Below, one piece after another: positions 1 through 13,800 of a stretch of 64,000 nucleotides of DNA; the stretch's first letter is position 1, and each line of letters begins with the position of its first letter. The stretch is from Mobula birostris (taxonomy: Eukaryota), in the NCBI RefSeq assembly GCF_030028105.1, contig NC_092393.1, positions 9,614,012 to 9,678,011 of the forward strand. Direction: 5' to 3'. The position numbers and the translations under genes were made by a program. The notes below the pieces were generated by a model. That model had not been told where the DNA came from, did no database searches, and was given only the letters and a program-made list of their open reading frames with translations.

Positions 1-205
1 ACAGTATGACACAGGAGTGAAACAGACAACAAAATCCACCCCCTTGAGCACACACTGATTCAAAGGATAGACACAGAACATATAACACATCAGAGCAACA
101 GGCTGCATGGTCCAGCTGGTCCATGCCAGGATGAAAAGGGTTAAGAGGTCAGAATGAAAAGTATTTGAGAAGTGATGTTGGTGCCCTTGCTCTTGATCAT
201 CAGGG

Positions 206-211
206 TTTATT
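206..211 (-). terminator. Candidate polyadenylation signal AATAAA of the kinase 3' UTR
   Basis: TTTATT on plus, about 820 nt beyond the stop codon. The UTR may instead extend past the window edge. Confidence 0.25.
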
Positions 212-1025
212 CCTTTGCACTGAAACTACCTCATCACTTAACTTACCTAATTCTAGCAATGATCTAAATGTTACCTATTTTTGTTCGATGAAATATTAAC
301 TTCATTAGTGTTGTAAGATCAGCTTACTACTGGTTATTAAGTATGATGTTTAGACAGTTATCAGCTCACATGCTACCAGTGCCTGGGAAAGAGAGAGGAC
401 AAAAGCTGCTAGGCGCAAAATAAGGTTAACTTGAACTTTTAAAAATCTGAACCAATAAATTAGTGTTTGGAAATGGGAAGTCACAGTCACATTAGTGAAA
501 GGTGATTGTTGGTAAAGATGACTTGTGCAGAGTGTTCACTCCTTTCAGTGAACACTACCAAGCCCTTAGGAAGAAAAGCCATTTGAACAGAAGCAACTGC
601 CACAATCTTGTCAATGCACAGTGCCCTTGACATTTACTCGCGATATTTAATTGAAAAAGTGGATCGTTCTGCAGAAATCGATCTTAATCGGTTGAGATCT
701 TTGCAAAAGTCGTGCCTCGTTTCTTTGGACCCATGAGCCATTTCATCTCCTGATGTTAGTCACTGTGTCTCATGTGTCATCTTCCCTGACCCAAAGACAC
801 AAAGCAACTTAGCCACAAATGGTGAGAATCAGCTTAGGGTGAAGGCTTTGAAGATCAATAGTTCAGAGCGAGCCCCATTGGAGTTTGAGCCCCAGTTGAC
901 AGCTCACGATGACTCCCAAAGCAACAAACACTTGTTTCCTTCAGTAAGAATAAGTTCGTTACTCTGTAAGACATGTTGTTTGTCACACTTAAAAAGCAAC
1001 CACGACTCGGACATTTCAATGTCAG

Positions 1026-1811
1026 CTAGACACAGATCTCAATAGGTGTGGTGACCAGAATCCTGGTGTTGTTGCTCTCCCTTGATGCCCTCTCATAGCT
1101 GCTGTTAGATGAGAGGGAGCTGGACGTTGTCACAGACGTGAAACGCGAGGATGGAGTTTCCATGGAGATGCCATTCTTTGCAATGCTGCACACGGGAGAC
1201 AGACTCTGTTGCTTCATCCTGGCCACCAGGTCTTCCTCCGAGGAAGAGCTCCCATCAGCAATGCTGTTACTGCAATCTGTGTCTAGCATCCACCGATAAC
1301 TCAGGTACCTGAATATCTCCTTGACTGAGCACCTTCGCTCCGGTTCGATAGGCAGAAGTTTCCGGAACATGCGGAGAGCATCGTCGGTGAACCTCCTCCA
1401 CTGTGACGGCACATTAGACCCTCTGCGTTTTTGCCATCTCACAAATTCATCGTAGAATGAGTCTGAGAGGAGGGCTTTCTCCCAGGGGAAGTTCCCCGTG
1501 AGCATGCAGAAGAGTAGCACCCCGAAAGCCCAGACATCAATGCTGTACTCCACGGAGAAGCCCTCATGCTTGGAGGCATCGCAGAGCTCCGGAGCAGTGT
1601 AAGGGATGGTACCACTCACCCGCTTGACAGGAGTACCAGCCCGACGGGTCATTCCAAAATCTGACAGTTTGACCTTGCGGCACTCCTTGTCAAAGATGAG
1701 GATGTTCTCGGGCTTGATGTCACGGTGTACCAGCTTCCTACTGTGCAGATAGTCCAGAGCTAAAGCAACTTGGTGCACACAGCGTTTGGCAATTTGTTCA
1801 GGGAGACCAAC
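1026..1811 (-). CDS. bsk146: Kinase terminal coding exon (VGLPEQ...TPIEICV*)
   Basis: Acceptor ctctcaaAG|GTT at 1813-1812. Encodes 261 codons plus TAG, covering the catalytic loop to the C-lobe and a Ser-rich tail. Confidence 0.95.
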   Translation of the reverse strand, partial: VGLPEQIAKRCVHQVALALDYLHSRKLVHRDIKPENILIFDKECRKVKLSDFGMTRRAGTPVKRVSGTIPYTAPELCDASKHEGFSVEYSIDVWAFGVLLFCMLTGNFPWEKALLSDSFYDEFVRWQKRRGSNVPSQWRRFTDDALRMFRKLLPIEPERRCSVKEIFRYLSYRWMLDTDCSNSIADGSSSSEEDLVARMKQQSLSPVCSIAKNGISMETPSSRFTSVTTSSSLSSNSSYERASRESNNTRILVTTPIEICV

Positions 1812-4800
1812 CTTTGAGAGAATAATGAACACATATTGAAACCAGGCTTTATGTTGTGAAGTAAATTTTGACACAAGAACATTGGTTTGCCAGAACACAA
1901 CATTAGGACTGAGGTGCTTAGAGGGGGACCAGTTTTGTGCAGAAGCAGGGCCTTCAGCCCACTGAGTCTAGACTACTGAACACTCATTCACACTAATCCA
2001 AATTACTCCCAGTATTTATCTCCCACATTCTCAACATCTTACACTTCTAAACCCACCCCATTCCCCCCACTCCCATAATTTTACACTCAAATTACAGTGG
2101 CCAATTACTGCACAGCTTTGGAATGTCGGCAGAGGCAAACTGGAATACCCAGAGGAAACCCATGCATTCACAGAAAGTGCATACAAACCCCACACAGACA
2201 ACACCCGAGCTCAAGAATGAACATGGGTCTCTGCTTCTGTGAGCTGGCAACTCATCGAGCTTCACCACTCTACCTCCCAAGAAACAAAAGTAACAGATAC
2301 ATTGCTAAGTTAGGGGATCATGGAGAATCCCTTAAGGGCTTGAAGGAGAATCATAAAGGGTGAAAGATTCTCATAACAGAGAAGGTGTCAATTGAAGGGG
2401 GAATATACTCAAGCAAGGACTTTCAGTTGGATCAAAATGAAAATGTATTTGGTTAGAGGTCTTCAGACCCAGGGAGGATAAGAAATTGGGCTCTGGAAAG
2501 GGTCCAAAGGAGGTTCACAAGAATTGAAACCTCCCAGATACTGAAAGGCCTGAATAGTGCAGATGTGGAGAGAACGTTTCCATCAGTAGGAAAACCTAGG
2601 ATCTGAGGTACAGCCTCAGGATAAAATGACGTACCTTTAAAACTGAGATGAGGAGGAATTCTTTTTCTGCCAGAAGACGGTGAATGTGTGGAATTTATTG
2701 TCACAGAGAGCTGTAGCGGTTAAGTCATTGGGTGTATTTAAGGTAGATATTTATAGGTTATTGAATGGTTTAAGGGTTATGGGGAGAAGAAAGTAAAATG
2801 GGTTTAAAATAAAATCAGTCATCATTGAATGGTGGAGCAGACCTGATAGGTCAAATGGCCTAATTCTGTTTCTATATCTTATGGTCTGTGTTGGCACGTG
2901 GCCAAGTGGTTAAGGCATTCGTCTAGTGATTTGAAGGTTGCTAGTTCGAGCCTTGGCTGAGGCAGCATGTTGTGTCCTTGAGCAAGGCACTTAACCACAC
3001 ATTGCTCTGCGACGACACCAGTGCCAAGCTGTGTGGGTCCTAATGCCCTTCCCTTGGACAACATCGGTGGTGTTAGAGAGAGGAGACTTGCAGCATGGGC
3101 AACTGCTTGTCTTCCATACAACCTTGCCCAGGCCTGTGCCCTAGAAACCTTCCAAGGTACAAATCCATGGTCTCATGAAACTAATGGATATCTATAAAAA
3201 AAATCTTATGGTCTAAGTTTGAAATTAAGAAAGAGATGACTTTATAGCCAGGGAGATAGGACTGTTGATTTGACTGAAAGGAATTGGCAACAATTGAGCA
3301 AATTACAAAACTTTAAACATAACAAAAAAAAACTTTGATATATATCCACTTCCTCTCAATTTAATGAGCATCAATTTTAATTTTAACTAATTTTTGGCCT
3401 TTGTCTCAACGTAACTTTATTGAAGGTAATATCAAACACCTAAGTTTAAATTATCTTCTGCACTCTGGCCCCCATGTGCTAATCAATCACAGAAGTGCAG
3501 AGTTGCCTAGGCATGAAGTAAACCTTACAACAAAATAGCAATTAGGATAGATTAACCTCGACCTCCCACCCAATTCCCTCTACAAAAGTCTGCTGCCTGT
3601 ACCTGTAACTGGCGAGGCGGAGGTTAGAAATTATTGTGTCTTATGCGAGGGAGGATAGTGGGATAGTAGCAAATCTCTCAAATAACTGAAGGACATTACA
3701 GATAAGAAGGTCAAACACAACACAAAATGGGTTGTGTACCTGAGGCGGAATGATGTCAAACAGATCTCCTGCTGTAGCATATTCCTGGGCAAATACATAA
3801 TACTCATCGGTTTCAAAGGCGATACCAAACATGTCAATGATGAAAGGTGAGGCTGACAGATAAAGGGAGATGCTGTACTCTCTGAGGAAACTCTTCAGTT
3901 TGGTTGTCTTCTTCCTCAGGAACTTCAAAGCCATTTTTGTATCTGGAGCAAGGAAAAAAATACTTTTATCCATCATTCACATAAGACCTGGGGTTCTCAG
4001 CCTAATTACAATTTTTTCTCAATACTTTTTAAGATTTTTATGCTCCATTGGTGATTGAGGGGGTTAAATATGGGTCCAACTATGGAGTAACTAATGGTGT
4101 TATAGAAGTCTGTCACAGAAAAGTCAAAAAGACATTTGCAGCTTAGATCAGGTGAAGAGCAGGTTGTGGGCTATGTCAGCACTAAACAACCACCAGAAAT
4201 CATCCTATCCTTAATGGACTGTCACATCTGAAGTACTGCTGCAAGATTTTCAATACAATAGGGGTATTTTGCACTGTGGTATACTGCAAACACAAAAGAA
4301 TGCTAAAAGAGAGAAGAAAGAGCATTGATTTCTCTGACTTCCAGTAATTTCTGACTCCCCTTTCCTTCTCTCTTTTCCCATTCCTCATTACCCTCTCATC
4401 CCTCTTCTCCTTATCTGCCAATTACCTCCCTCTGGTTCCTTTCCTTTCTTCCATGGTCCACTATTAGGTTTCTCTGTCTTCAAACTATTTACCTCATCCA
4501 CTTATCCCCTCTCAGCTTCTTACTTCATTCCCTTCCTCTTCACCTGGTCTGCCTGCTTGTACTCCTTCCCCTCCTCCCACCTTCTGCCCCTTTCCTTTCA
4601 GTTCCAACAAAGGGTTTGATGAATGCAGGTATATTGCATTAACCGTATAACAATTACAGCATGGAAACAGGCCACCTTGGCCCTCCTAGTCCGTATCGAA
4701 CTCTTACTCTCACCTAGTTCCACCAACATGCACTCAGCCCATAACCCTCCATTCCTTTCCTGTCCATATAGCTGTCCAATTTAACTTTAAACGCCAACAT

Positions 4801-7800
4801 CGAACCTGCCTCAACCACTTCTGCTGGAAGCTTGTTCCACACAGCATTGTTCTAATACAACACCCAAAGCTTCCAACCGATGGTTTTAAAGGAGGTGGTG
4901 CAAAAGTAGTGGACACATTGGTTGAAATTTTCAGAAATGACTAAATTCAATGGAGGCACTGAAAGATTGGATCTTCCTTGTTCAAAAAAGACACAAGGCA
5001 GAGAACTGTAAGCCAGTTAGTTTTAACACCTATTGAAGGCAAAATGCTAGAGCCAAATAATCAAAGAAAAAATGGCAATTTCAGAAGGCTGAAAGCAGGT
5101 TGAAACTCTCTGGTCCAATATCCTGTGGTCTAGCAACTCACACCCCCTGGCATGCGTTGAATATGTAGTACAGTTCAGTAACAACTAATTTTAACTGAGA
5201 TCAAAATTTAATTAAAATCTGTACAAATCAGTATCCAATGTATCTACCAGTGCAACTCTTGCAACTGACATGTATCAGAACTCTCCAGTTCTGATTTCCC
5301 ACAGTGGTCCCATCATACTTACAAAGAAACATAAAAAATAGGTGCAGGAGTAGGCCATTCGGCCCTTCAAGCCTGCACCGCCATTCAGTGTGATCATGGC
5401 TGATCATCCAACTCAGAACCCTGTACCAGCCTTCCCTCCATACCCCCTGATCCCTTTAGCCACAAGGCCCATATCCAACTCCCTCTTAAATATAGCCAAT
5501 GAACTGGCCTCAACTGTTTTCCCGTTGCAGGGAATTCCACAGATTCACCACTCAGACAGATCTCCTGCTGAGGAAGGTGATTGGGGCTATTTCTGAGTTC
5601 CAGCACTGGTCAGGTCCCAAGGGTGCCAGACTACAGAGTTTCAACTTGTATAATCAAATCAGAGCAAGATTGTTTTGTGAAAGGTTTGTCAGAGAGAGTT
5701 GATAAAGAGTAACCTGTAGATGTAGAGTATTTAGATTTCAAAAAGGAATTTGACAAAATGCCACACAGAAACTAAGAGCCTAGGATGTTAGACGATGTGT
5801 ATTGACATACAAACATTGTAGATTGAAAACTAGCTATCACATAGGAAACAGAGTTTGAATAAATAGGCCTTTTCAGGCTGGGGGATGAGTTAAGGATCCC
5901 AAGAAGTGATTCTTGGTTCTCAGTTGCTTACTGTTTACATTAATGACCTGGAAAAGGGAACAAAATGCAAGGCTTCCAAGTTTGCCAGTGATGTAATAGG
6001 TGGACTGACATATTGCAACTCTCCACATAATGATTCTGCAATAACATATAGAGAGACTGAGTTAGAGTTTAACATGGGGAAGTGTGAAGTCATGCATTTT
6101 GACAAGTGGAATCAAAAGTCAGATTATTACCTAAATGGAAAGATGCTACAAATAATTACAGAGGGATCCTGTGTCTAGTATATGTATCAGTAAAGTTAGC
6201 AGGCAAGTTTAACAAGTCATAAGGCAGCCAAGTGGCATATTGGACTTCATTGTGAAGGTGCTGAAGTTTTAAAAATTGGGAGTAATAATTGGTGAGTGAT
6301 ACCAGAAATAAGGGAAGAATTTAGGCCCCCTTACCTACGAAAGAATATCGTGGTATCATGAAAGCCTAAAGGAGATTCAGCAGGTTAATGGGTTATCCTA
6401 CTGGTAAACAAATTTCTTGGAGTTTAGAAGAATGAGGGGTGACCTTAATCAAACTGATAAGATCCTAAGAAGCCTTGATAGAGGCAAATGTTGAAATGTT
6501 TCCACTTTAGTTATAGAGTAAAAGGCCTTTCAGTAAAAATGAGGCACATAGAAAATTCTTCTTTGGAATTAACTAGTGGAGAAATACCTGAGTTGATGAC
6601 AGATAGCTATTTGAAAGACTGAGGAATCGAGGGTTATGGGAAGCTGGGATAGAGGGAAGCTGAAGGCAGCATTGATCAGCCATGATCACATTGAATGGTG
6701 ATACCAAAGGGGTAAATTGATTTGCCTCAATCAGGGAGTTGCCTCCCTGATTATTTAATGGGATTGGTGCAAATGATTCCAAAGATGTCTGCAATTCTGT
6801 GTATCCACTGCTTGCTGAAGCAGCTCCCTGGGTCACAGGTCTTCCACTCAAATCTACTTAAAATTTTGATCCTATCAACTGTGTCTTGTTGCAGAAGATC
6901 TCTGCTGGAAATAACTGAGGTTGTTAGTATTCAATTAAAATGTCAGTAATGTTCTAAATGCAAACATGGACTATTGCTTCTCTCCCTAGCTCAAATCCTC
7001 TTTGTCTTAAGGTCTGTCTCAGAATCAATGGAGATTGATGGATCAGTTCCCTTCCACCACAAGTCTGCAGGCTTAACATTAACGTCCTTACAAACAACAC
7101 ATGTTTGTACAGAGCTTTTAATATGAGCAGATATTTCAATGTGCTTCAAATGAGTCAATTCAAACCAAAACTAGCATTGAGCAAAAGAAGGGGGCATTGG
7201 CATGGCTGACAAAAGAGCAGCTTTAAGGAAGAAGAGCAGCTGGAAGAAATTCCACAGTTCACTACCTACACAACTGGAAGCCTTGCCATTAATAGTGGAG
7301 CAATAGAAATGGGGTGTAGGAGAGGCCAAAGTCACAGGATCTGGGAAAGCTATTGAAGGATAAGGCAGGCTGAGAATCTGGAGCGGGGAGTGGAGAGATG
7401 TGAACAACAGAACAAGAAGAATACCAAAAAAATAATGGAGCAGATCCAACACGGTCCCCAGAAAGAACAGCATCAAAACTGCATTCTGTGCTCTTCTTGG
7501 TGGTAAGCAATTTCAGTATTCAAAGGAAGTACTGAGAACGGACTCTAGGGCAAGCAGAGATCTGAATACTGCAGTACTGCTTCCTACCCCTTGAGGGAGC
7601 TCAGAGACTACATCATTCCTTAGGAGGAAACAAACCTTTGATGAACCCTGAGCTCAGCTTGTGGTATAGATGTGCTCCCACTCAGTGGGGGGAGGGGGAG
7701 GGCAGGAGTAAATAACAATGGAGTGGAAGCATGGTTTCAGGCTGCTTTTCAAATTAGGGTCACCACCCTGAATCTCCAGCAATCAAAAATTAACCCTTAG

Positions 7801-10800
7801 GACTTTCTAATAAATGTTCTCAGGAGTAACATCACAGAAAGTATCAAATTATTCTTCCTCATTCTTATTGATAATTAACAAAATTAAAGTTTCAAAATAT
7901 TTCAGATGGAATGACAACCTGTTTAACTGGCTAGGCAGTTTGGAAATGGAAGGTTCCTGTCCAAAAACTCGGTCACACTCCCCAATCAGCAAATAGTCTA
8001 CACCTTTATTCCTTCTACTAAAGTGCATGACCATAAACTTCCCTATAGTGCATTCCATCTGGTACTTCTTTACCCATTCTCGTAATGTATCTAAGCCCTT
8101 CTGCAGACTCCCTCTTTCTCAACACTATTTGCCTCCTTCAGATATCTTTGTATTGTCTGCAAACTTGGCCAAAAAGCCCTCAATTCTGTCATCCAAATCA
8201 TTGACATACAATGTGAAAAGTAGCCATCACAAAGGCATTTGCGGCATTGATTGTGTGGATAGTCAGGGGCTTTTTCCCAGAGCTGAAATGGCTAGCACGA
8301 AAGGGCAGAGTTTTTTAAATTAATTTATTTATGAGTTTCTACAATATAACAGGAGAAAACCCACCAGCAAAAAAGAGATTTATACAGTGCAAAACAAACA
8401 TGACTAATATGCAATTCATAATAATAAAGAAAAAGCACCCAAAATAAAATCATATAAAGTTAGTATCCTCTGAGAGGGCATAGTTTTAAGGTGCTTGGAA
8501 GTAGGTACAGAGGAGATGTCAGGGGCAAGTTTTTTTACGCAGAGAGTGGTGAGTGTGTGGAATGGGCTGCCGGCGGCGGTGGTGGAGGCGGAAAGATAGG
8601 GTCTTTTAAGAGACTCCTGGACAGGTATATAGAGCTTAGAAAAGTAGAGGGCTATGGGTAAGTCCAGGTAGTTCTAAGGTAAGGGCATGTTCTGCACAGT
8701 TTTGTGGGCTGAAAGGCATGTATTGTGCTGTAGGTTTTCTATGTTTCTAATGCTGAGTATTCCCACCGTTCTCTGTTTTGTTTTCAGTACAATTCCTTTT
8801 TGGGTTCCCATCACAGAAACCTTTTTTGGTTTTTATACTTCTGGCTGATCCCTACAATCCTCTGCTGCGCAACCTTACCACTTTGTGATATTGGTGTCAC
8901 TCTCCACAAGGCCAGGGCTCAAACTCTCCAATATTCTAACTCCCTTAACCTTCCAGACTACCAAGGACCACATCATCAAGAAATCTTGGTGGTAGCAATG
9001 AGGGGCAGAAGACCAGTTCCTAAAGCAATGAAGTGCAAGTGATGTCTTGGGTACATAACAGAGAATGAGAGTGGAGATGCTTAGAATGAGATCAAGAAGA
9101 CAACAGCCCCATGAGAAGGAAAAGGACTCATACATTGTTGACAAATTCAAGATCAATTTGAAGTTATGGAGCCATATATTTATACAACATGTAAACAGGC
9201 CCTTTGGTCCAACAGTCCATGCCAACCAAGATGCCCATCCAAGCTATTTCCATTTGCCAGCACATGGCCCATAACCTTCTAAACTATGTTCAGGTCCAAT
9301 ATAGGGGCTTTGCTATTGCTTGCTTGGTGGGCGTGAGCATTGATGCTTCCTGCTGGAAAAGGCAGGAGGAGAGGGAGGATTGATGCTTTGCTGCTGCTTG
9401 TATGTGGGAAGGGCTTTGGGTTTTACCATTTTTTTCTATCATTTATTCTTTGGGGGTTTCTTCTGTTTTGTGGATGCCTGTGAGGAGTAAGTATTTCAGG
9501 TTGTATACTGTATATATTCTTTGATATTAACTTGAACTATTAAAAGTTGATATTGTACCTTACAGGGGAGTTACAAAATTACTTCAACAGAGCGTCATCA
9601 GAAACTGGCAAGTTAGATGTATGTAACCTGGGCTCAGAAAAGCTGACTAGTGTCAGTATAATTACTCCAAAAAATATGTGGCGGCCTTGCAAATTAAACA
9701 CAGACGACTTTCTGTGTCTAACGGATCAGTGGATTCAGTCCAGCTTAGTTAATGATTCAAGATTTGACATTTTGAACAATTAGGCAAGATTACCAAATTG
9801 AAGGAAATGGCCTCTTAAAAAATACAAAGGAATTTCCGCCAGTTCAGAAAGTTAATCTAAACTCTGAATACCAGCTGGCAGTGGGGGCTCCATTGTATAA
9901 GCAAGAGAGATGGGGAGGGTTGGTCTGTGTGTGAAGCCCACTGCAGTAAGAATCACAAGGATTTTGGCTCAAGGCAGCAAGGTGTGCCAGATGTAGAATG
10001 CAAGGGCACATGGGCAGAACGCCCCTGGATATAGGGCTAACCTGTGCAGAACATGCAGTGGAGCTCTGTCTCAGTGGGAGAGAGGAACAACTGCAGTCAT
10101 AGAGCAGTACCACACAGAAGCAGATCCTTCAACTCATCTAGTCCATGCTAGCTGGTCTTCTGCCTAGTCCCATCTACGTGTACTCTACCTGCAACCAGTA
10201 CTCCATAGTTCTCCATACCCTTTTCATCCATGTATATATCAAAACTTCTCTTAAATGTTATAATGAACTTGCATCTACCACCTCTGCTGGCAGTTTGTTT
10301 CACATATTCATCACCCTCTGAAAGACAAGGTTCCTCCTCAACTTCCCTTTAAACATCATAAAAAATGTGGAAATAAGGTTTGTATAACATTGAAGAAGAT
10401 CAGCAACATGAAGAGACTATTTTAAAGTGAGAAGAAGGAATAATAATTTAAATATCTATCAGAATGATCACACAGCCCCTGATTGCTTTACTATCAGGAG
10501 GATTATACATGACAAAGTTCAGGAAGATACCATGAACAAGAAGCAGAGTGAAGTTAAGAAGGTATGTCACCCTTGTAAGCATTAGGCAAATAACAAGTGT
10601 GCCTTTTGATCAACAAAAGGCAAGGCTCATCCATGATGGTGCTGGACTATGGCAACAGTTCAACAGGTCTAGAAAGCAAACTGTTTGAGAATATTGAAAG
10701 TGGATTGTAGAGTTGTACTCATCCTAAACACATAAAGCTCCTGCAATAACATAGAGATGTTGAGGGATACCTACACAAGCATCAAGTGCATAAAACTGAA

Positions 10801-13800
10801 TGTGCCAGTCTAATCTGCTGTGTGCATAGCCCAGTACATGTTTCAACACTCAAGTAGAAGAATTAAGCATTGTGAGGGCCATGGGGCATCAGTGACAGTA
10901 ATGGAGTTTCAAGGTAGTGGTAGATAAGACTGCTCAACTCTGCAGAAATTACAAAGTGGCTCCTAACACAGTAGGTGATCAATACTTCATTGCCCACATT
11001 TCGAGCATAATATGCCCATGTTAGCGGTCTCTGCTAATGAAGGGTTTCGGCCTGAAACGCCGACTGTACTTCTTCCTATAGATGCTGCCTGGACTGCTGC
11101 GTTCCACCAGCATTTTGTGTGTGTTACGCCCACCTTAATGTCATTGAAGAGAATCAATGTTACTTGACAAGTGACACATATCAATGTCCCATTTGGGATG
11201 AAGGTATCGCAAAATGTTCTCAGTAACAAAGGATAAGTTGTTGCAAAGGGTCCAGTGTTGTTGAGAATAACATGAAGAAGAAAGCCTTCAAGAGCGTGAT
11301 GCCATCTTTTAAACACTCCCTTGCTATAATACCAAGCATTTGAAAAAATAATTTCTCATAAAAGAAACTAATTTCTTTTGGTTTGTGATCAGATGAGAGG
11401 CTCACTTTCGGGAACTCTATGGTTCATGTTCTGAGTAGTATTGGTTTACTTTTTTATTGTTTGCACCAGTTGCTCTTTTATCACACATTGTATGTTTGTC
11501 AGTCTTTGCTGTGTGGGGTTTCTTGTGGATCATATTGAGTTTCTTTGTTTTGTGGATGCCTGTAAGGTGTATATGGTATACATATTTTAATAAAACACTT
11601 ACTTTGAATTTTTGAATCTTGAGAAGCATTGTGGAAGGTCAATAGAACATGTACTAGCTTACAACACTTTTGTGAAAACTACAGTACATGTGTAGAAACC
11701 AGGGACTCAGTTAAAAGAGGGAAGGTCATGTATTTTTCTGTTTAGCAATACAGTGCGAAGTAGGCCCTTCAGCCCTTCAAGACATGCTGCCCCAGGAACC
11801 CCACAACCTCAATTAACCCAGGCACTACTAATCTGTGAATCAGAGTTGGCAACCCCACTCTGAGACAGTTGTATGGATGAGAAGTTCAATAAAGAGGAAC
11901 AAGCAGCATTAGAAATTCTGATGTAAGGTTAATGAAATTAAACTGGATTTGCATTGGGTGAAATATTGGTTTTGACTTCTGCTTTCTTCATATTCTCTAT
12001 AATGCAAGCATCCCTTAACCCTACAAAAGCTAAATCAACTCTGATGTAATGGAATTGTTTGAGTAGAAGTTAAGGTCTAATTTCTCCATAGTGACTAAAG
12101 CTTTGCTCTATCAAAATTGAATCAATTTTTGTCCTTAAATTAAACCAGGAAATGCTGGACTCAAGTGCATTCAGCGTCTGTGTAAGAGGAAACAGAGTTA
12201 AGGTTTTAAGGTAAAGACCCTTCATTGGTGCTCAAAGCTGAAACATTAACATTTTTTGTTTTCATACGTACTGACTGACTGGTTTGAGTATTTCCACTAA
12301 CTGTTCTTTTTATTTCAGATTTCCAGTATCTTCAAGATTTTTGATGGAAATTATTCCTTATGGAAATTTGGAATTTATTTCACCAACCTTCCAAGCAGTG
12401 CATTCCACATTCGTGCAACTTGCTGAATTGCTTTCAAATTATTTTCTTGTTTGTCTCCTGAATTCTATCTACTCAATATACCTTTGGATGGCTCCCTCAG
12501 TTTTGGAAATCCTACCAATAGAAACTAAATATCCTGGGTGTGGCTGCCACTAGCTACTTTTCAGTTATAGAAACAGAACTTAATGCTGGCTGAGTCACTT
12601 GTTGGTGGCACAGGGCCAGATTGGTTAAGTATAGCCTACACCCATTCCCCAAAGAATTTTAGGAAATCAATTGGTTTATTATATTAATATTACAGTTTCA
12701 TAACAGCACACATATCTGAAATACCAGAGTTAAACTCACATTTTTGGATCAGTTTGGGTCTTGTAGGATGAACACAACTGATAGAGGTCAATTGGGCATC
12801 ATCTGGCAGCAAGGGGTGGTCTCAGGGGCACCATATTTCAGGTGCCACCTCCTCACTTTCAATGTACCAACACAGCCTTTGTTGACAATTAAGGCCTTAA
12901 ACTTTCATGGTATCAGTGATTCCTGCCCTCTGATGTTTCTAACACTGACTAACTACAGGGAGCACCTTAATGCTCTGGATTGATATCTCTAGAGATTCCT
13001 CCAAATCTTTTAGCAAGAAAAGCAAACCAATATCACTCTCCTCCCTTCCAGGACCAACATGCCCTGGACTGAATCCCTAATTACACTCAGTCAGCTCTTT
13101 AGGCAGGCCACATCACTCATACATCTGACACCAGACACCGTAATTTGGGCTCCATCTTGGGAAGAAATTATCTGGCAGAGAGAGGAAGATCAATTCCGCT
13201 CTGCTGTTGAGTATGGGGGATTGCTGGGATCTCAAGGCCAGGTTGGAGGCGGAACTTTTGGGATGGAGCTGACAACCTCAAGTCAGTGAAACTCTCAAAG
13301 TCCAACATAAATGGCATAAGGAGTGGAGAACCTCTTGATCTACCACTGACTTGCTCTGTCAGGTAGCTCCTGCCACACTGTTGGAGGACTGTGGCTCCCA
13401 CCTTGGCCTCACTGGCAGATCTTGGAACTGAAAATGGAGAGTGCAAGTGACACAGCTCCAATCTCCAAGGACTGTGTACAACTGGTTAGTAATAACCAAG
13501 GACTGTGTACAACTGGTTAATAATAACCACAAACAAGAGAAGATCTGCAGATGCTGGAAATCCGAGCAACACACACAAAATGCTGAAGGAACTCTGCAGA
13601 TCAGGCAGCATCTATGGAAAAGAGTACTGTACTCTTTTCCGTAGATCTGTGTGTTGGTTAGAAATAATATTCACTGAAATGTGTCTGATCTTTAGTGTAG
13701 CTACACTAAACCACCAAATCCATATTATACACTACTTCTGTGCAGAGACTGCGGTCCTTTAGCACTGCCACTTTGGAGCAAAGGTTTTCTAGAATTAGGC

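Noticed and set aside
1812-1898. N-terminal 29 aa of the 290-aa ORF
   Set aside because: Intron read-through; kinase similarity begins at the AG acceptor before 1811.
2890-2965. tRNA gene
   Set aside because: A and B boxes are present but no convincing acceptor stem; it continues into a SINE body with an A tail and flanking repeat.
3641-3976. 111-aa ORF taken as a stand-alone gene
   Set aside because: Only 3740-3942 is exonic; both ends are intronic.
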